The notes beneath the pieces were generated by a model. That model made no database searches, was not told the origin of the DNA, and saw nothing but the letters and a program-made list of their open reading frames with translations. 64,000 bases of DNA. It comes from Squalus acanthias (Eukaryota). Where the stretch lies: positions 153,390,001 to 153,454,000 of the forward strand of contig CM059432.1 in NCBI GenBank assembly GCA_030390025.1, in the 5' to 3' direction. The position numbers and the translations under genes were made by a program. Shown here piece after piece: positions 9,337 to 20,280 of this stretch (positions are counted from its first letter, which is position 1; each line of letters starts with the position of its first letter).

Positions 9337-12278
9337 TATGGCAGGGGGCTAGAAACCCATGTAGTGAAATAGAGGAAAGTGAAAGGCAGACAGAAATAAA
9401 TGGTAAAAAGGAGAGGAACATAAAACAAAGGGCCAAACTAATTCATAAAAAATGTGAGCATAAAAAAAGCCTGAGGGTTTTATACCTTAATGCGAGAAGC
9501 ATCAGGAACAAGGTAGATGAATTAGCTGTGGAAATAGAGGTTAATAATTATGATCTAATTGGGATTACGGAAACATGGTTGCAGGGTGAGCAGGGCTGGG
9601 AGCTTAACATACAGGGGTATTCAGTATTTAGGAAGGATCGACAAAAAAGAAAGGGAGGAGGGGTAGCATTGCTGGTAAAAGAGGGGATAAATGCAATTGA
9701 AAGGAAGGATATTAACTCAGTTAATACAGAATCTATATGGGTGGAGCTAAGAAATAGCGAGGGGCGAAAAACATTAATAGGAGTGGTATATAGGCCTCCA
9801 AATAGTAAAATAGAGGTTGGGGAGGGCATCACGAGGGAAATTAGAGAAGCGTGCAATAAGAGCACAGCTGTCATCATAGGTGACTTTAACTTACATATAG
9901 ATTGGACTAGCCTAATCAGTAAAAATAATGAGGAGGAGGAATTCCTTGAGTGTTTAAGGGATGGTTATCTGGATCAATATGTCGAGGAACCAACTCGGGA
10001 ACAGGCTATATTGGACTGGGTACTGTGCAATGAGAAGGGACTAATTAGTAATCTTGTTGTACGGGGACCCTTGGGTCAGAGCGATCATAACATGATCGAT
10101 TTCTCACTCGAAATGGAGAGCGAAGAAATTGACTCAGAGACTCAGGTCCTGAATTTAAACAAGGGGAATTATGATGCCATTAGACGGGAACTGAGTAGGT
10201 CTGATTGGACAACGTTCCTGGGAGGACTGGAGGTAGATAAACAATGGCAAGCATTTAAAGATAGAATGACAAAATTGCAAAAATTGTTTATACCAATCTG
10301 GCATAAAAGGAAATCTAAAAAGGTGACTCAACCGTGGATAACAGGGGAAATTAGAGACAGCATAAAATCCAAAGATAGGGCGTATAAAATAGCCAAAAAA
10401 CGCGCCAGAGCGGAAGATTGGGAACAGTTTAAGATAGAGCAAAGGAGGGCAAAGGGCTTAATCAAGAAGGGCAAAATAGCTTACGAAAGCAAGCTGGCGG
10501 AAAATATAAAAACTAACTCCAAAAGCTTTTATAAGTATATCAAGAGGAAAAGACTGGTGAAAACCAAAGTTGGTCCATTGCAGTCAGATACGGGGGAATA
10601 TATAATGGGAAATAAGGAAATGGCAGACCAACTAAATGCATACTTTGGGTCAGTCTTTACGAAGGAAGACACAAAAAACCTCCCTGGGATATCGGGAAAA
10701 ATAGGGACATTGGCAAAGGAGGAACTGACGCAAATCAATATCTCTAAGGATATGGTGTTAAGGAAGCTAAAGGGATTGAAGGCGGACAAATCCCCAGGGC
10801 CTGATAACATGCATCCTAGGGTACTGAAGGAGGTGGCCCTAGAGATAGCGGATGCACTAAGCATGATTTTTCAGAATTCATTAGACTCGGGAACAGTGCC
10901 CATGGATTGGAGGGTAGCTAACGTTACCCCACTATTCAAAAAGGGGGGTAGGGAAAAAGCAGGTAATTACAGACCTGTAAGCCTTACATCAGTTGTGGGC
11001 AAAATGCTGGAGTCCATCATTAAGGATGAAATAGCCGAGCACTTAGCAAATGGGGACAGGATAGGACAGAGTCAACATGGATTTACAAAGGGTAAATCGT
11101 GCTTGACTAATCTATTGGAATTTTTTGAGGGAGTAACTGGTAAAATAGATGGGGGAGAGCCAGTAGATGTGGTGTACCTGGACTTCCAAAAGGCCTTCGA
11201 TAAGGTCCCACATAAAAGATTAGCATGGAAAATTGAAGCTCATGGGATAAAGGGGAAAGTATTGACGTGGATAGAGAACTGGCTGTCAGATAGAAAACAG
11301 AGAGTTGGAATAAACGGCTCATTTTCTGAATGGCAGGCAGTAACAAGTGGGGTACCACAGGGATCTGTCCTGGGTCCCCAGCTGTTCACAATTTATATTA
11401 ATGACCTGGATCAGGGAGTCGAATGCAGCATTTCCAAATTTGCAGACGACACTAAACTAGGAGGGGGGGTGGGCTCAGAGGAGGAGACCAGGAAGCTCCA
11501 GAGCGATTTGGACAGACTGGGTGATTGGGCGGATAAATGGCAGATGCACTATAATGTGGACAAGTGCGAAGTTATCCACCTTGGGTGCAGGAACGGGAGG
11601 GCAAATTATTATTTAAATGGCAATAAATTGGGAGAGGGGGAAGTACAGAGAGACCTGGGTGTTCTTGTACACCAGTCACTGAAGGCGAGCATGCAGGTGC
11701 AACAGGCGGTCAAGAAGGCAAACGGTATGCTGGCCTTCATAGCAAAAGGGTTGGAATACAGGAACAGGGATACCTTGCTGCAGCTGTACAGGGCACTGGT
11801 GAGACCACACCTCGAGTACTGTGTACAGTTTTGGTCGCCTCATCTGAGGAAAGATGTTCTTGCCATGGAGGGGGTGCAGCGGCGATTCACCAGGCTGATA
11901 CCAGGAATGGCGGGATTGACCTATGAGGAGAGACTATGTAGTTTAGGGATGTACACACTGGAGTTTAGAAGATTGAGAGGGGACCTCATAGAAGTGTATA
12001 AAATTCTGACAGGTCTAGACAGATTAGATGCAGAAGGAATGTTTCCCTTGGCGGGTGAGAACAGAACTAGAGGACATAATTTAAGGATAAGGGCTAAACC
12101 ATTTAGGACAGAAATGAGGGGGAATTTCTTCACTCAGAGAGTGGTGAACCTGTGGAACTCATTGCCACAGAGGGCAGTGTACGCCAGCTCATTAAATATA
12201 TTTAAGAGGGAATTAGATATATTTCTACAGGCAAAAGGGGTTAAGGGTTACGGAGAGAAGGCGGGGACGGGATACTGA
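9312..12278 (+). CDS. CR1 ORF2p: AP endonuclease plus reverse transcriptase (open frame, no upstream AUG)
   Basis: YLNARS, ITETW, GDFN, SDH, GVPQGSVLGP and FADD motifs. The frame is open from 9312; the track start at 9528 is a GTG inside the endonuclease domain. Confidence 0.95.
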   Translation, partial: SSSGAFKLVWQGARNPCSEIEESERQTEINGKKERNIKQRAKLIHKKCEHKKSLRVLYLNARSIRNKVDELAVEIEVNNYDLIGITETWLQGEQGWELNIQGYSVFRKDRQKRKGGGVALLVKEGINAIERKDINSVNTESIWVELRNSEGRKTLIGVVYRPPNSKIEVGEGITREIREACNKSTAVIIGDFNLHIDWTSLISKNNEEEEFLECLRDGYLDQYVEEPTREQAILDWVLCNEKGLISNLVVRGPLGQSDHNMIDFSLEMESEEIDSETQVLNLNKGNYDAIRRELSRSDWTTFLGGLEVDKQWQAFKDRMTKLQKLFIPIWHKRKSKKVTQPWITGEIRDSIKSKDRAYKIAKKRARAEDWEQFKIEQRRAKGLIKKGKIAYESKLAENIKTNSKSFYKYIKRKRLVKTKVGPLQSDTGEYIMGNKEMADQLNAYFGSVFTKEDTKNLPGISGKIGTLAKEELTQINISKDMVLRKLKGLKADKSPGPDNMHPRVLKEVALEIADALSMIFQNSLDSGTVPMDWRVANVTPLFKKGGREKAGNYRPVSLTSVVGKMLESIIKDEIAEHLANGDRIGQSQHGFTKGKSCLTNLLEFFEGVTGKIDGGEPVDVVYLDFQKAFDKVPHKRLAWKIEAHGIKGKVLTWIENWLSDRKQRVGINGSFSEWQAVTSGVPQGSVLGPQLFTIYINDLDQGVECSISKFADDTKLGGGVGSEEETRKLQSDLDRLGDWADKWQMHYNVDKCEVIHLGCRNGRANYYLNGNKLGEGEVQRDLGVLVHQSLKASMQVQQAVKKANGMLAFIAKGLEYRNRDTLLQLYRALVRPHLEYCVQFWSPHLRKDVLAMEGVQRRFTRLIPGMAGLTYEERLCSLGMYTLEFRRLRGDLIEVYKILTGLDRLDAEGMFPLAGENRTRGHNLRIRAKPFRTEMRGNFFTQRVVNLWNSLPQRAVYASSLNIFKRELDIFLQAKGVKGYGEKAGTGY
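9327..9333 (+). promoter_or_regulatory. Candidate -1 ribosomal frameshift slippery heptamer U_UUA_AAC
   Basis: ORF1 ends CAT TTA AAC TAG and the -1 frame is ORF2. Confidence 0.55.
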
Positions 12279-14022
12279 ATTGAAGGATCAGCCATGATCT
12301 CATTAAATGGCGGAGCAGGCTCGAAGGGCCGGATGGCCTACTCCTGCTCCTATCTTCTATGTATCTATGTATCTATGTGAGTGGCATTAGGTTCCAAGCG
12401 ATAACGAATATGAGGTGTTGTGTAATCAGAAGTGAGCATTGGCGCAGGCGCCTTCCAGCCATTAAAGGGGAGGGTCACTGGAGTCTGCACACCAGCCCCC
12501 AGTGATTCGGGGAGTGCGGAACGGCGATATGCTGCAGGATGAAATGCAAAGTGCTTTGACGGCCCGCAACACTCCGGGGACTAAGCAGCCTTTAATTGGC
12601 TGCAGATACATCCTGCGTTCTCTGCCACTCATCACTGACCTTTGGAACGGAAGTTCCTTGACAGTTGGGGTGCATCCCTTTAAGTAGCGCCCCGCCAGCC
12701 GGCTGGTTCACGCCTCCGCTCCCTGGCGCTGTCGGCGCGAGGCAGTAAGGCAGGGGGCGCTACTGAAGTTTTCAGATTGGGCGCCCAGTGAGCGTTGCAC
12801 ACTCGCTGACATCGTGATCTGCATGGCGGAAGGGACCGAGGCGCTAACTGTTATCACCGGCGTTAAGGGACCGCCGAATTTACCATGCAGCGCAGGATTC
12901 GCCCCGTCGTGGCACTACTGCCTGAGCGCTCCGTTAGCCCCCCCGCCAGGCGCTAACTGGGGGGGCGCGAACCTACTGAAGTTTGCCCCCATTTTCTTTT
13001 AGTCTACATCTACTGATCCGTGAAATTTTATTTATTGTGCATGCTCAGCAGAATGCATGCAACAAAATGAAGCAGTTCTGTCTTGATTTAGCTTTGTAGA
13101 GGTTCCTTTAATTCAGCCACTAAGCTTAAGCTTAACTCAATACAAATGTTGCAAGTTTCCTGGGTTGTCTACAAAGCTTGAGGGAGGAGCCAAGCTATCT
13201 TTGAACAAACAAAGAGTGCGACATGTGCTATATGAGACAGCCAGTTATTTTCAGATGTGGTCAACAGTTATTCAAATCCAGGAAGTCCTGAAACTAGCCC
13301 TGAAACTGTTGTCAGGGACATTTAAGGAGCTGTGGGTGCCCAAATCTGAGAGGGTCAGTTTGGGACTTCTAAGAGATATAGTTGGGACTTGCACAACTTT
13401 CTCAGTGATAAAAAAATAAAAGAAATAAAGAAACACTTGCTCACAAAAATTATTTGCAAAAGAAGAGCTCTGGATTTAGATTGCAACATTTTACAATTTT
13501 CCTTTTCAAGAGGACTTCTTCTGTAAATATATATGACTGATTCTTTTGCTTGTTCATCTTTTGTTTAATAGTTCACTTACTAATTTAAACTTAAACCAAG
13601 GTTTGATGTTGTGATGACCTATTGCTTATCAAAGGTGGGAGAGAGATTTAGGGACAAAATGAATGAATAGAAATGTTGTTCTGTTTGTTATCCCGGGCAT
13701 ATTACCTCACAAGTCACATGGTTCCTGCTGTGTTTAGGTGCAGCCTGTCAGAGCGTCGTTCCACTTACATCCAGTTGACAGGCACTTATTTACATTTTCT
13801 TGGTGAACTCCCTTTTCTCAAACATAGGAAGTATATAGCGAGGAATATTACTTTACATCCTCCGTCATTTTGTTCTGGGTGATCCTCACACTCATTCCTT
13901 TTAGTCCCTCTGTATGATTTCAGTCCTATTCACTACCACCACTGAATGTCTTGTTGCTCACTTCAATCATTTTTACCTGGACCTAGAGTGGCGCATTCTG
14001 TAGGTATTGTTCTATGAGTATT

Positions 14023-14881
14023 GGCCCAGAAATTCCGTTCACAGCCCTCCTGCGGGCGGAGGGCTGCGATTTGGAAAAATCTCCGCCTGGACCGGAAGGC
14101 TCCCGGGAGGCGCAGAGTTCCGCTGCTAGGCCTCTTCAAACTGCCGGTGCGCAGGGCCCACGCATCCCAGGGGCGCAGGTAGTTCGCAGCGTCCCTGGGA
14201 TCACATGGGCCATGGGGAGCCAATCAGAGCAGGGAATCTCCATTCATAGATTTGACAGGAAGACCTGTCAAATCTATGAATAGAGATCATCCCCAAAACG
14301 TGATGATGCGGAGATGCCGGTGTTGGACTGGGGTGGACAAAAGTGAGAAGTCGCACAACACCAGGTTATAGTCCAACAGTTTTATTTGAAATCACAAGCT
14401 TTTGGACCTGACGAAGGAGTATCCCCAAAACATAAGTAAAACTTCAAATAAATTTTTTTTAAAACATCACATTTTTAAAATGACTATAAATTACATAAAT
14501 TAAGTATTTTAAACAAAAATTAAAATTTTTGAAAAAAATAATTAAAGTTTTTAATGGGGCTAAAAATAAACTTACCTTTCTTTAAAGTATTTTAAAATGA
14601 TAAATCAGTGGAAATTTTTTTTTTTTACTTTCTTCAACTCTTAGCCTGGTAAAAGAATTGTAAGTGTTTTCTGCGGGCGGAGGGTCTCCAGAAAGCGGAA
14701 CTCTCCACCCGCAGAGGCCCTTCTCCCGGGCAGCCGGAGGATCTGTCAAGAGCTTTCTTGACAGATCGGAAATGCCGGTTTCCAGCGCATGCGCAGTGCA
14801 TGCCTAAAAGCGGCATTTCCGTTGGCCCTATGGGTGAGTACACAGCGCGTACACACCCGTAGGGACCGGAATTTCTGCCTC
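14023..14881 (+). mobile_element. Harbinger-type MITE, family shared with 47677 and 55403
   Basis: TIRs GGCCCAGAAATTCCG and CGGAATTTCTGCCTC; GC-rich arms, AT-rich core, internal hairpin; flanks ATT/AAT. Confidence 0.85.
14300..14420. mobile_element. Short Penelope-like terminal fragment nested in the MITE
   Basis: 11-bp duplication ATCCCCAAAAC at 14289-14299 and 14421-14431; shares CACAACACCAGGTTATAGTCCAACAG with 15897-15922. Confidence 0.7.
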
Positions 14882-15884
14882 AATATCTTCCTGTGGCTTG
14901 CTGTATCCTCTGGTTTCTTTGCTCCCTCTTCCTCTACGACTGGTGCCCTTTTGCATTAAGAGCCAGTGCCTGGTGTCTGTTCTTTCATGTAACTTCCTGA
15001 GCAGCTTCTTTGGTCTTCTTACCTCTCCTAACTATTTCTTCCCACCTTGATCCATCCCTATAGTTTACTTCATCACTTGCCTCCTTTTCTTGTTGACCTT
15101 GTAGCTGGTTGTGCTGATCCCTGCTCCAGTGTCACTGACACCCTCGAAGTACCTCATGAGTCTAGAACTCTTAACTTACCCTTGATAATTGCCTTGCATT
15201 CACTTTCCCATGTTAATTTCTGTGCCTTCCTCTTCAAAGCCACACTCTTTCCTTCAACTTGTTGATCATAGAATCATAGAATGGTTACAGCACAGAAGGA
15301 GGCCATTCGGCCCGTGCCGGCTCTCTGCAAGAGCACTTCAGCAAGTCCCACTGCCCCGTCCTTTCCCCGTAGCCCTGCAATTTTTTTTCCTTTAGGTACT
15401 TATCCAATTTCCTTTTGAAAGCCACGATTGAATCTGCCTCCACAACCCTCTCAGGCAGTGCATTCCAGATCCTAACTACTCGCTGCGTAAAAAAGTTTTT
15501 CCTCATGTTGCCTTTGGTTCTTCTGCCAATCACCTTAAATCTGTGTCCTCTGGCTCTCAACTGTTCTACCAATGGGAACAGTTTCTCTCTATCTACTCTG
15601 TCCAGAACTCTCATGATTTTGAACACCTCTATCAAATCTCCTCTCAACCTTCTCTGCTCGAAGGAGAACAACTCCAGCTTCTCCAGTCTATCCACGTAAC
15701 TGAAGTCCCTCATCCCTGGAACCATTCTTGTAAATCTTTTCTGCACCCTCTCTAAGGCCTTCACATTCTTCCTAAAGTGCGGTGCCCAGAATTGAACACA
15801 ATACTCAAGTTGAGGCCGAACCAGTATTTTATAAAGGTTGATCATAACTTCCTTGCTTTTGTACTCTATGCCTCTATTTATGAA

Positions 15885-16256
15885 ATTGAGAGGTCGCACA
15901 ACACCAGGTTATAGTCCAACAGTTTTATTTGAAATCACAAGCTTTCGGAGCTATCGATTGCCCCTTCCTCAGGTGAAGTAAATTAGATACAGAATCGCCA
16001 AAGCATATATAGATAGAGAACAAAGCATGTGTACCTTACAATTGCAGACCACTAAATTAAATCATCCTGACTATCTGCCAAGGTGTGATAAAGTTAATCA
16101 AGTCAGCCAGGAAGGTACCACATCAAAGACATAGCAAGATACAACTGAGACAATGAGGTGTAGTCGCAGGGGTTCTAACGTGTCAAAAGCTGCCGTCTGT
16201 ATGTAAAACGAAAAGCTTTAAAATTTTTACTTTTTTACTGGGAAAATTTTTACTTT
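15885..16256 (-). mobile_element. Penelope-like terminal fragment nested in the CR1
   Basis: Interrupts CR1 coding sequence; TTTATGAA duplicated at 15877-15884 and 16257-16264; carries a hammerhead core. Confidence 0.7.
15935..15976 (-). ncRNA. Minimal type I hammerhead ribozyme motif
   Basis: Minus strand reads UCAC-CUGAGGA-A-GGGGC-aaucgaua-GCUCC-GAAA-GCUU-GUGA: CUGANGA and GAAA cores, stem II, 4-bp stem I and a palindromic stem III. Confidence 0.65.
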
Positions 16257-17106
16257 TTTATGAAGCCCAGGATCCTGTATGCTTTTTTTTAACCGCTTTC
16301 TCAACCTGCCCTGCCACCTTCAATGATTTGTGGACATATACCCCCAGGTCTCTCTGTTCATGCACCCCCTTTTAGGATTGTACCCTTTAGTTTATATTGT
16401 CTCTCCTCATTCGTCCTACCAAAATGTATCACTTCACACTTTTCTGCGTTAAATTTCATCTGCCACATGTCCGCCCATTCCACCAGCCTGTCTATGTCTT
16501 GAAGTCTATCACTCTCCTCCTCACTGTTCATTATACTTCCAGGTTTTCTGTCATCTGTAAATTTTGAAATTGTGCCCTGTACACCCACGTCCAAGGCATT
16601 AATATATATCAAGAAAAGCAGTGGTCCTAGAACCGACCCCTGAGGAACACCACTGTATACCTTCCTCCAGTCCGAAAAACAATCATTCACCTCTACTCTC
16701 TTTTTCCTAACACTTAGCCAATTTTGTATCCATGCTGCCACTGTCCCTTTTATTCCATGGGCTTTTCTTTGCTGGCAAGCCTATTATGTGGCACTTTATC
16801 AAACGCCTTTTGGAAATCCAAATACACCACGTCAACCGCATTGCCCTCATCAACCCTCTCTGTTACCTCATCAAAAAACTCAATCAAGTTAGTTAAACAC
16901 GATTTGCCTTTAATAAATCTGTGCTGGCTTTCCTTAATTAATTCACACTTGTCCAAGTGACTGTTAATTTTGTCCCTGATTATCATTTCTTAAAGCTTCC
17001 CTACTACCGAAGTTAAACTGACTGGCCTGTAGTTGCTGGGTTTATCCTTACACCCTTTTTTGAGCAAGGGTGTAACATTTGCAATTCTCCAGACATGGAC
17101 AGATAT

Positions 17107-18959
17107 GGGGCGAGAAACTGATGTCCTTACCGCCACGTGGTAGCGTCAGCGATGTGTGAGAAAATGGCGGTCACCGCTCTTGCGCCAGCTGGAGGTGGTC
17201 CCAGCGGCGGCCACCATATTGATTGCCCCCTTTGCGCTGCCGGTAATCGGCAGCGCCCTGAAAAAAAATGGCGGCATGGTGATGTCAGTCGGCATGCAAC
17301 GCCGACTTAACGTCACCTACGCGAACTTCGACCCTAGCGCTCAAGTCAGCACTGGGTCCTAAGCACGCCAGGTTAACCCGGCGTTCAAGCAGGCTGACAG
17401 ACGCTGACAGGGGCGATATCTGCAGCTGTTCAAGGGATACACACATCAATCAGGTAAGTTTGAATGGAAGGGTTTGGACTGGTTTTTTAAATTTTATTTA
17501 AGTGGTGGCTTGCTGCAATAGATGTGAAAGTTTTTTTTTAAGTGTTTTGGGAGTGCTGCTGGATGCTTGCAAGGGCTCGGATGGTAAGTGAATGCATTTG
17601 AGAAGACAGAACATGCTGCGAATACTCAGCAGGTCATGCAACGTCCGTGTAGTTCGCGTCTCAGGTCGACATGCTGCCTGACCAACTGAGTATTTGCAGC
17701 ATTTTATGCTGTCATTTCACATTTACAGCGTCTGCTTGCAGAGGGAAGAGGAAGACGCAGAAGAGGAGGAAGCCGAAGAGGAGGAATCAGACGGAAGGAT
17801 GCATCCCAGACAGCCCCTTTGTGGCCGGCATATCCAAGATGGAATCATCCGCCTGCGGTCCCTCTGGCGGGCAGGCTGCCTCTTCTTGATGGCCCACTGG
17901 CTGGGCAGGATGCATTTCTTGGGTGTGTGAAATGAGAAAGGCACAAGGGTGGAGTTTTGCTGACAGGAGGGCGGGATGCCTAGAGGTGCATGCCAGAAGG
18001 AGGATAACGTACTAGGGTACCAGCATCTTGTATCCTTTCAGCCCTGCCGCTGGCCAAAGGCTCAGCCATGCCCCTGCCAAGAATGGCCTGCACCGTCTCC
18101 TCCAAGGGGGTGAGGTGATGCTAGGAATGGGAGATGTGCCTCATCATTGGTGCAGATTGTTGATAGGTGAGTGATTGGGGGTGGGGGTTGTGCATTGAGA
18201 AGTGTGTGAGGCTAGTGGTTCAGTTGGTAGGTAATGTCTTTTGAAGATGCATTCACTGACCTTGACCAGTGGTCTGAGGTCATGAAGCTTCTTAGGGCAC
18301 TGGAGCCAGGTGGTGGGGGCGACACTGCTGGCAGTGAAGGCCTTGGTAATGTGGTCTCACATCGTTCTTTCTGGAGGGTCTCCTGGCCCCTGTGGGTAGA
18401 GGGCCAGTCTTGCAGTGTTGACCCCCTGCACAAAGCTGGAGTGCTGCGTGCGAGAAACTGGGTGCCCCTTCCCTGGCTTGCTGAGCCATTTGTGTTAGTG
18501 CTGAGGCAGTTTTCCCATTTGTTGAGTTTAGGAAGGTAATTCAGCTTTAAGTACTGAATATTGACATTTGGAACTTCTTTTAAACATTGATTATTTGTTA
18601 AAAGACAGAAAGGGGTGAAAAATGTATTGAATCAGTGCATTGTATTTTGTCTTGCTTCAATGTGCATGGCCCCTTTAAATTTCAGAGCTCTTCACTGCCC
18701 ACAATGCATTGCGAGCTTCACAGCCTCGCACACAGATGCTCGGGGAAGCAGCAACGCCGCACCAGCACAACAAATTGGTCCCGATCCCTCGTGCAATGCC
18801 ACCAGGACGGTGTTGTGCCTAAGGTTAGCGCTGCACCACCTACCACCATGCCCCCCACACCAATTTATCTCGTTTAGCGCGGCGGCCATTTCGGGCGGCC
18901 GTTAACGGCAGTTGGCGAGGACACGGACTGCTTTCCGGGCAAGAACGAACTTTTCCCCC
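17107..18959 (-). mobile_element. Internally deleted Harbinger derivative with Myb/SANT gene remnants
   Basis: Right end ACTTTTCCCCC|ATT; MAQQAREGAPSFSHAAL (18489, minus) resembles the other Myb N-termini in the window. Confidence 0.65.
17600..17735. mobile_element. Palindromic Penelope-like end fragment
   Basis: AATACTCAGCAGGTCATGCA and TGCCTGACCAACTGAGTATT form an inverted pair. Confidence 0.5.
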
Positions 18960-20280
18960 ATTGTATCTGTTCCCCCGTTTATTATACTCGGCTGTATATT
19001 GTGTAAATATCCCACAGTAATATACACTTTATGGCCACCACCTTATCCTCCCAGTGACTTAAATAGTTCAGAGTTCCTTATATTGGTGATCAAAAATTAA
19101 ACACCTTCTTTCTGCTAAAATTTGCACCTTTATCTGGGCACTAATCTGGCAGAATAAATCACCCGCCCTATTTTCATCCCATTGATTGCAATGGAACAAG
19201 GATCAGACGGGTTCTGTAATGGATGGGCGATCCACTCCGCCAGGTTACTGTCTGGGCGGCCAAGTGGAAAATGACCCATGTCGAAACAGAGAGAGGCACC
19301 ATATGCACCAATGCAGTTGATTAATAATAGGAAAAGAAAATGGGGCCTGGAAGGGCACCCACTGGCCTGACTGGATAAGGATGAAGTCTGACCCGTTATT
19401 TTTTTTGGGTGACCAATGACAGTGGTGGGAAATGGAAGCAGTAGTAAGCATTCCCAGTTCAGGTACAGGACAGGTAGACACCAAGTGAAGGGTCTTCTCC
19501 TCCTGCTCCAATAAGTGGGCTAAATCCCAATCTCAGAAGTGCATCCTGTACTGCACTCGTCTGAGTTACTCATTCCCACGCTGGTCATCTTTGTGTCCTG
19601 TCGCTAACTGAGTGCCAAATGAGTGTTTTATACTCTGGGCCTGCACTCACTGGGAATTGAGCTGATACTTTCACCAAAACTAATTTCACGTGGACTCTTA
19701 CAATTGGCCGAGAGATGAGACTCTGCTGAATTCACACTCAGGGCTCGATTTTAATAGCCCTGAGGAGGTGGGTTTGGAGGTGGGTGGGGGAGCGAAAATT
19801 GGAAAAAATGGCTTCGGACTGCCAAGCCGCCTCCATCCCACCCCCACGCGATTCTCATGAGTGTCTGTTCAGCCGCTCCCAAACTGACCCGACTGGAACC
19901 GGTGGGATAGGTAGTTAAGGCAGTTAAGAGCCTGTTAACTGCCTTGCTAATCCTATTTTGATAGTGATTTCCCATTTTCGTGCTTCTGGCTCCTGTTTCC
20001 CGTCTTGTCAGAAACAGGCCAGCTGCAAGGAGACGAGTTGCTGGAGGACATGATTTGTAGTCATTGGTGGTGCAGTTTAAAAGCACTCCTGTAACATGGC
20101 TGACATTCAAATACAACAACTTTGTTGTTGGAGGTTTGGGATAATATTTTGCAAATCTACTGACCTTGTGACTGTTCAAGCTGACAGCCATCTGCAGTGT
20201 GACCTGATTGGAATAATTTCAGGCCACATCGACTGTGCACTTGCAAGCTTCTTGCCTCAAATGAAATCTATAGCAACGGG

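Larger units (their letters stand above)
7440..12377 (+). mobile_element. Full-length CR1 LINE with two uninterrupted ORFs
   Basis: 5'UTR monomers, ORF1, ORF2, 3'UTR and (TATCTATG)n tail; possible GTGA duplication at 7436-7439 and 12377-12380. Confidence 0.97.
7294..12990. mobile_element. Harbinger-type MITE (about 760 bp) interrupted by the full-length CR1
   Basis: Imperfect TIRs GGGGGAGAAAGTCAGAAGG and CCTACTGAAGTTTGCCCCC; ATT on both flanks; GCGCTAA motifs on both sides of the LINE. Confidence 0.75.
15267..17090 (-). mobile_element. 5'-truncated, frameshifted CR1 LINE
   Basis: RT fragments in ORFs 16750-16986, 16358-16741 and 15285-15899; (CATAGAAT)n tail. Confidence 0.95.

Noticed and set aside
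9338..9352. ATG right after the ORF1 stop as the ORF2 start
   Set aside because: It is in the third frame and stops after four codons (ATG GCA GGG GGC TAG).
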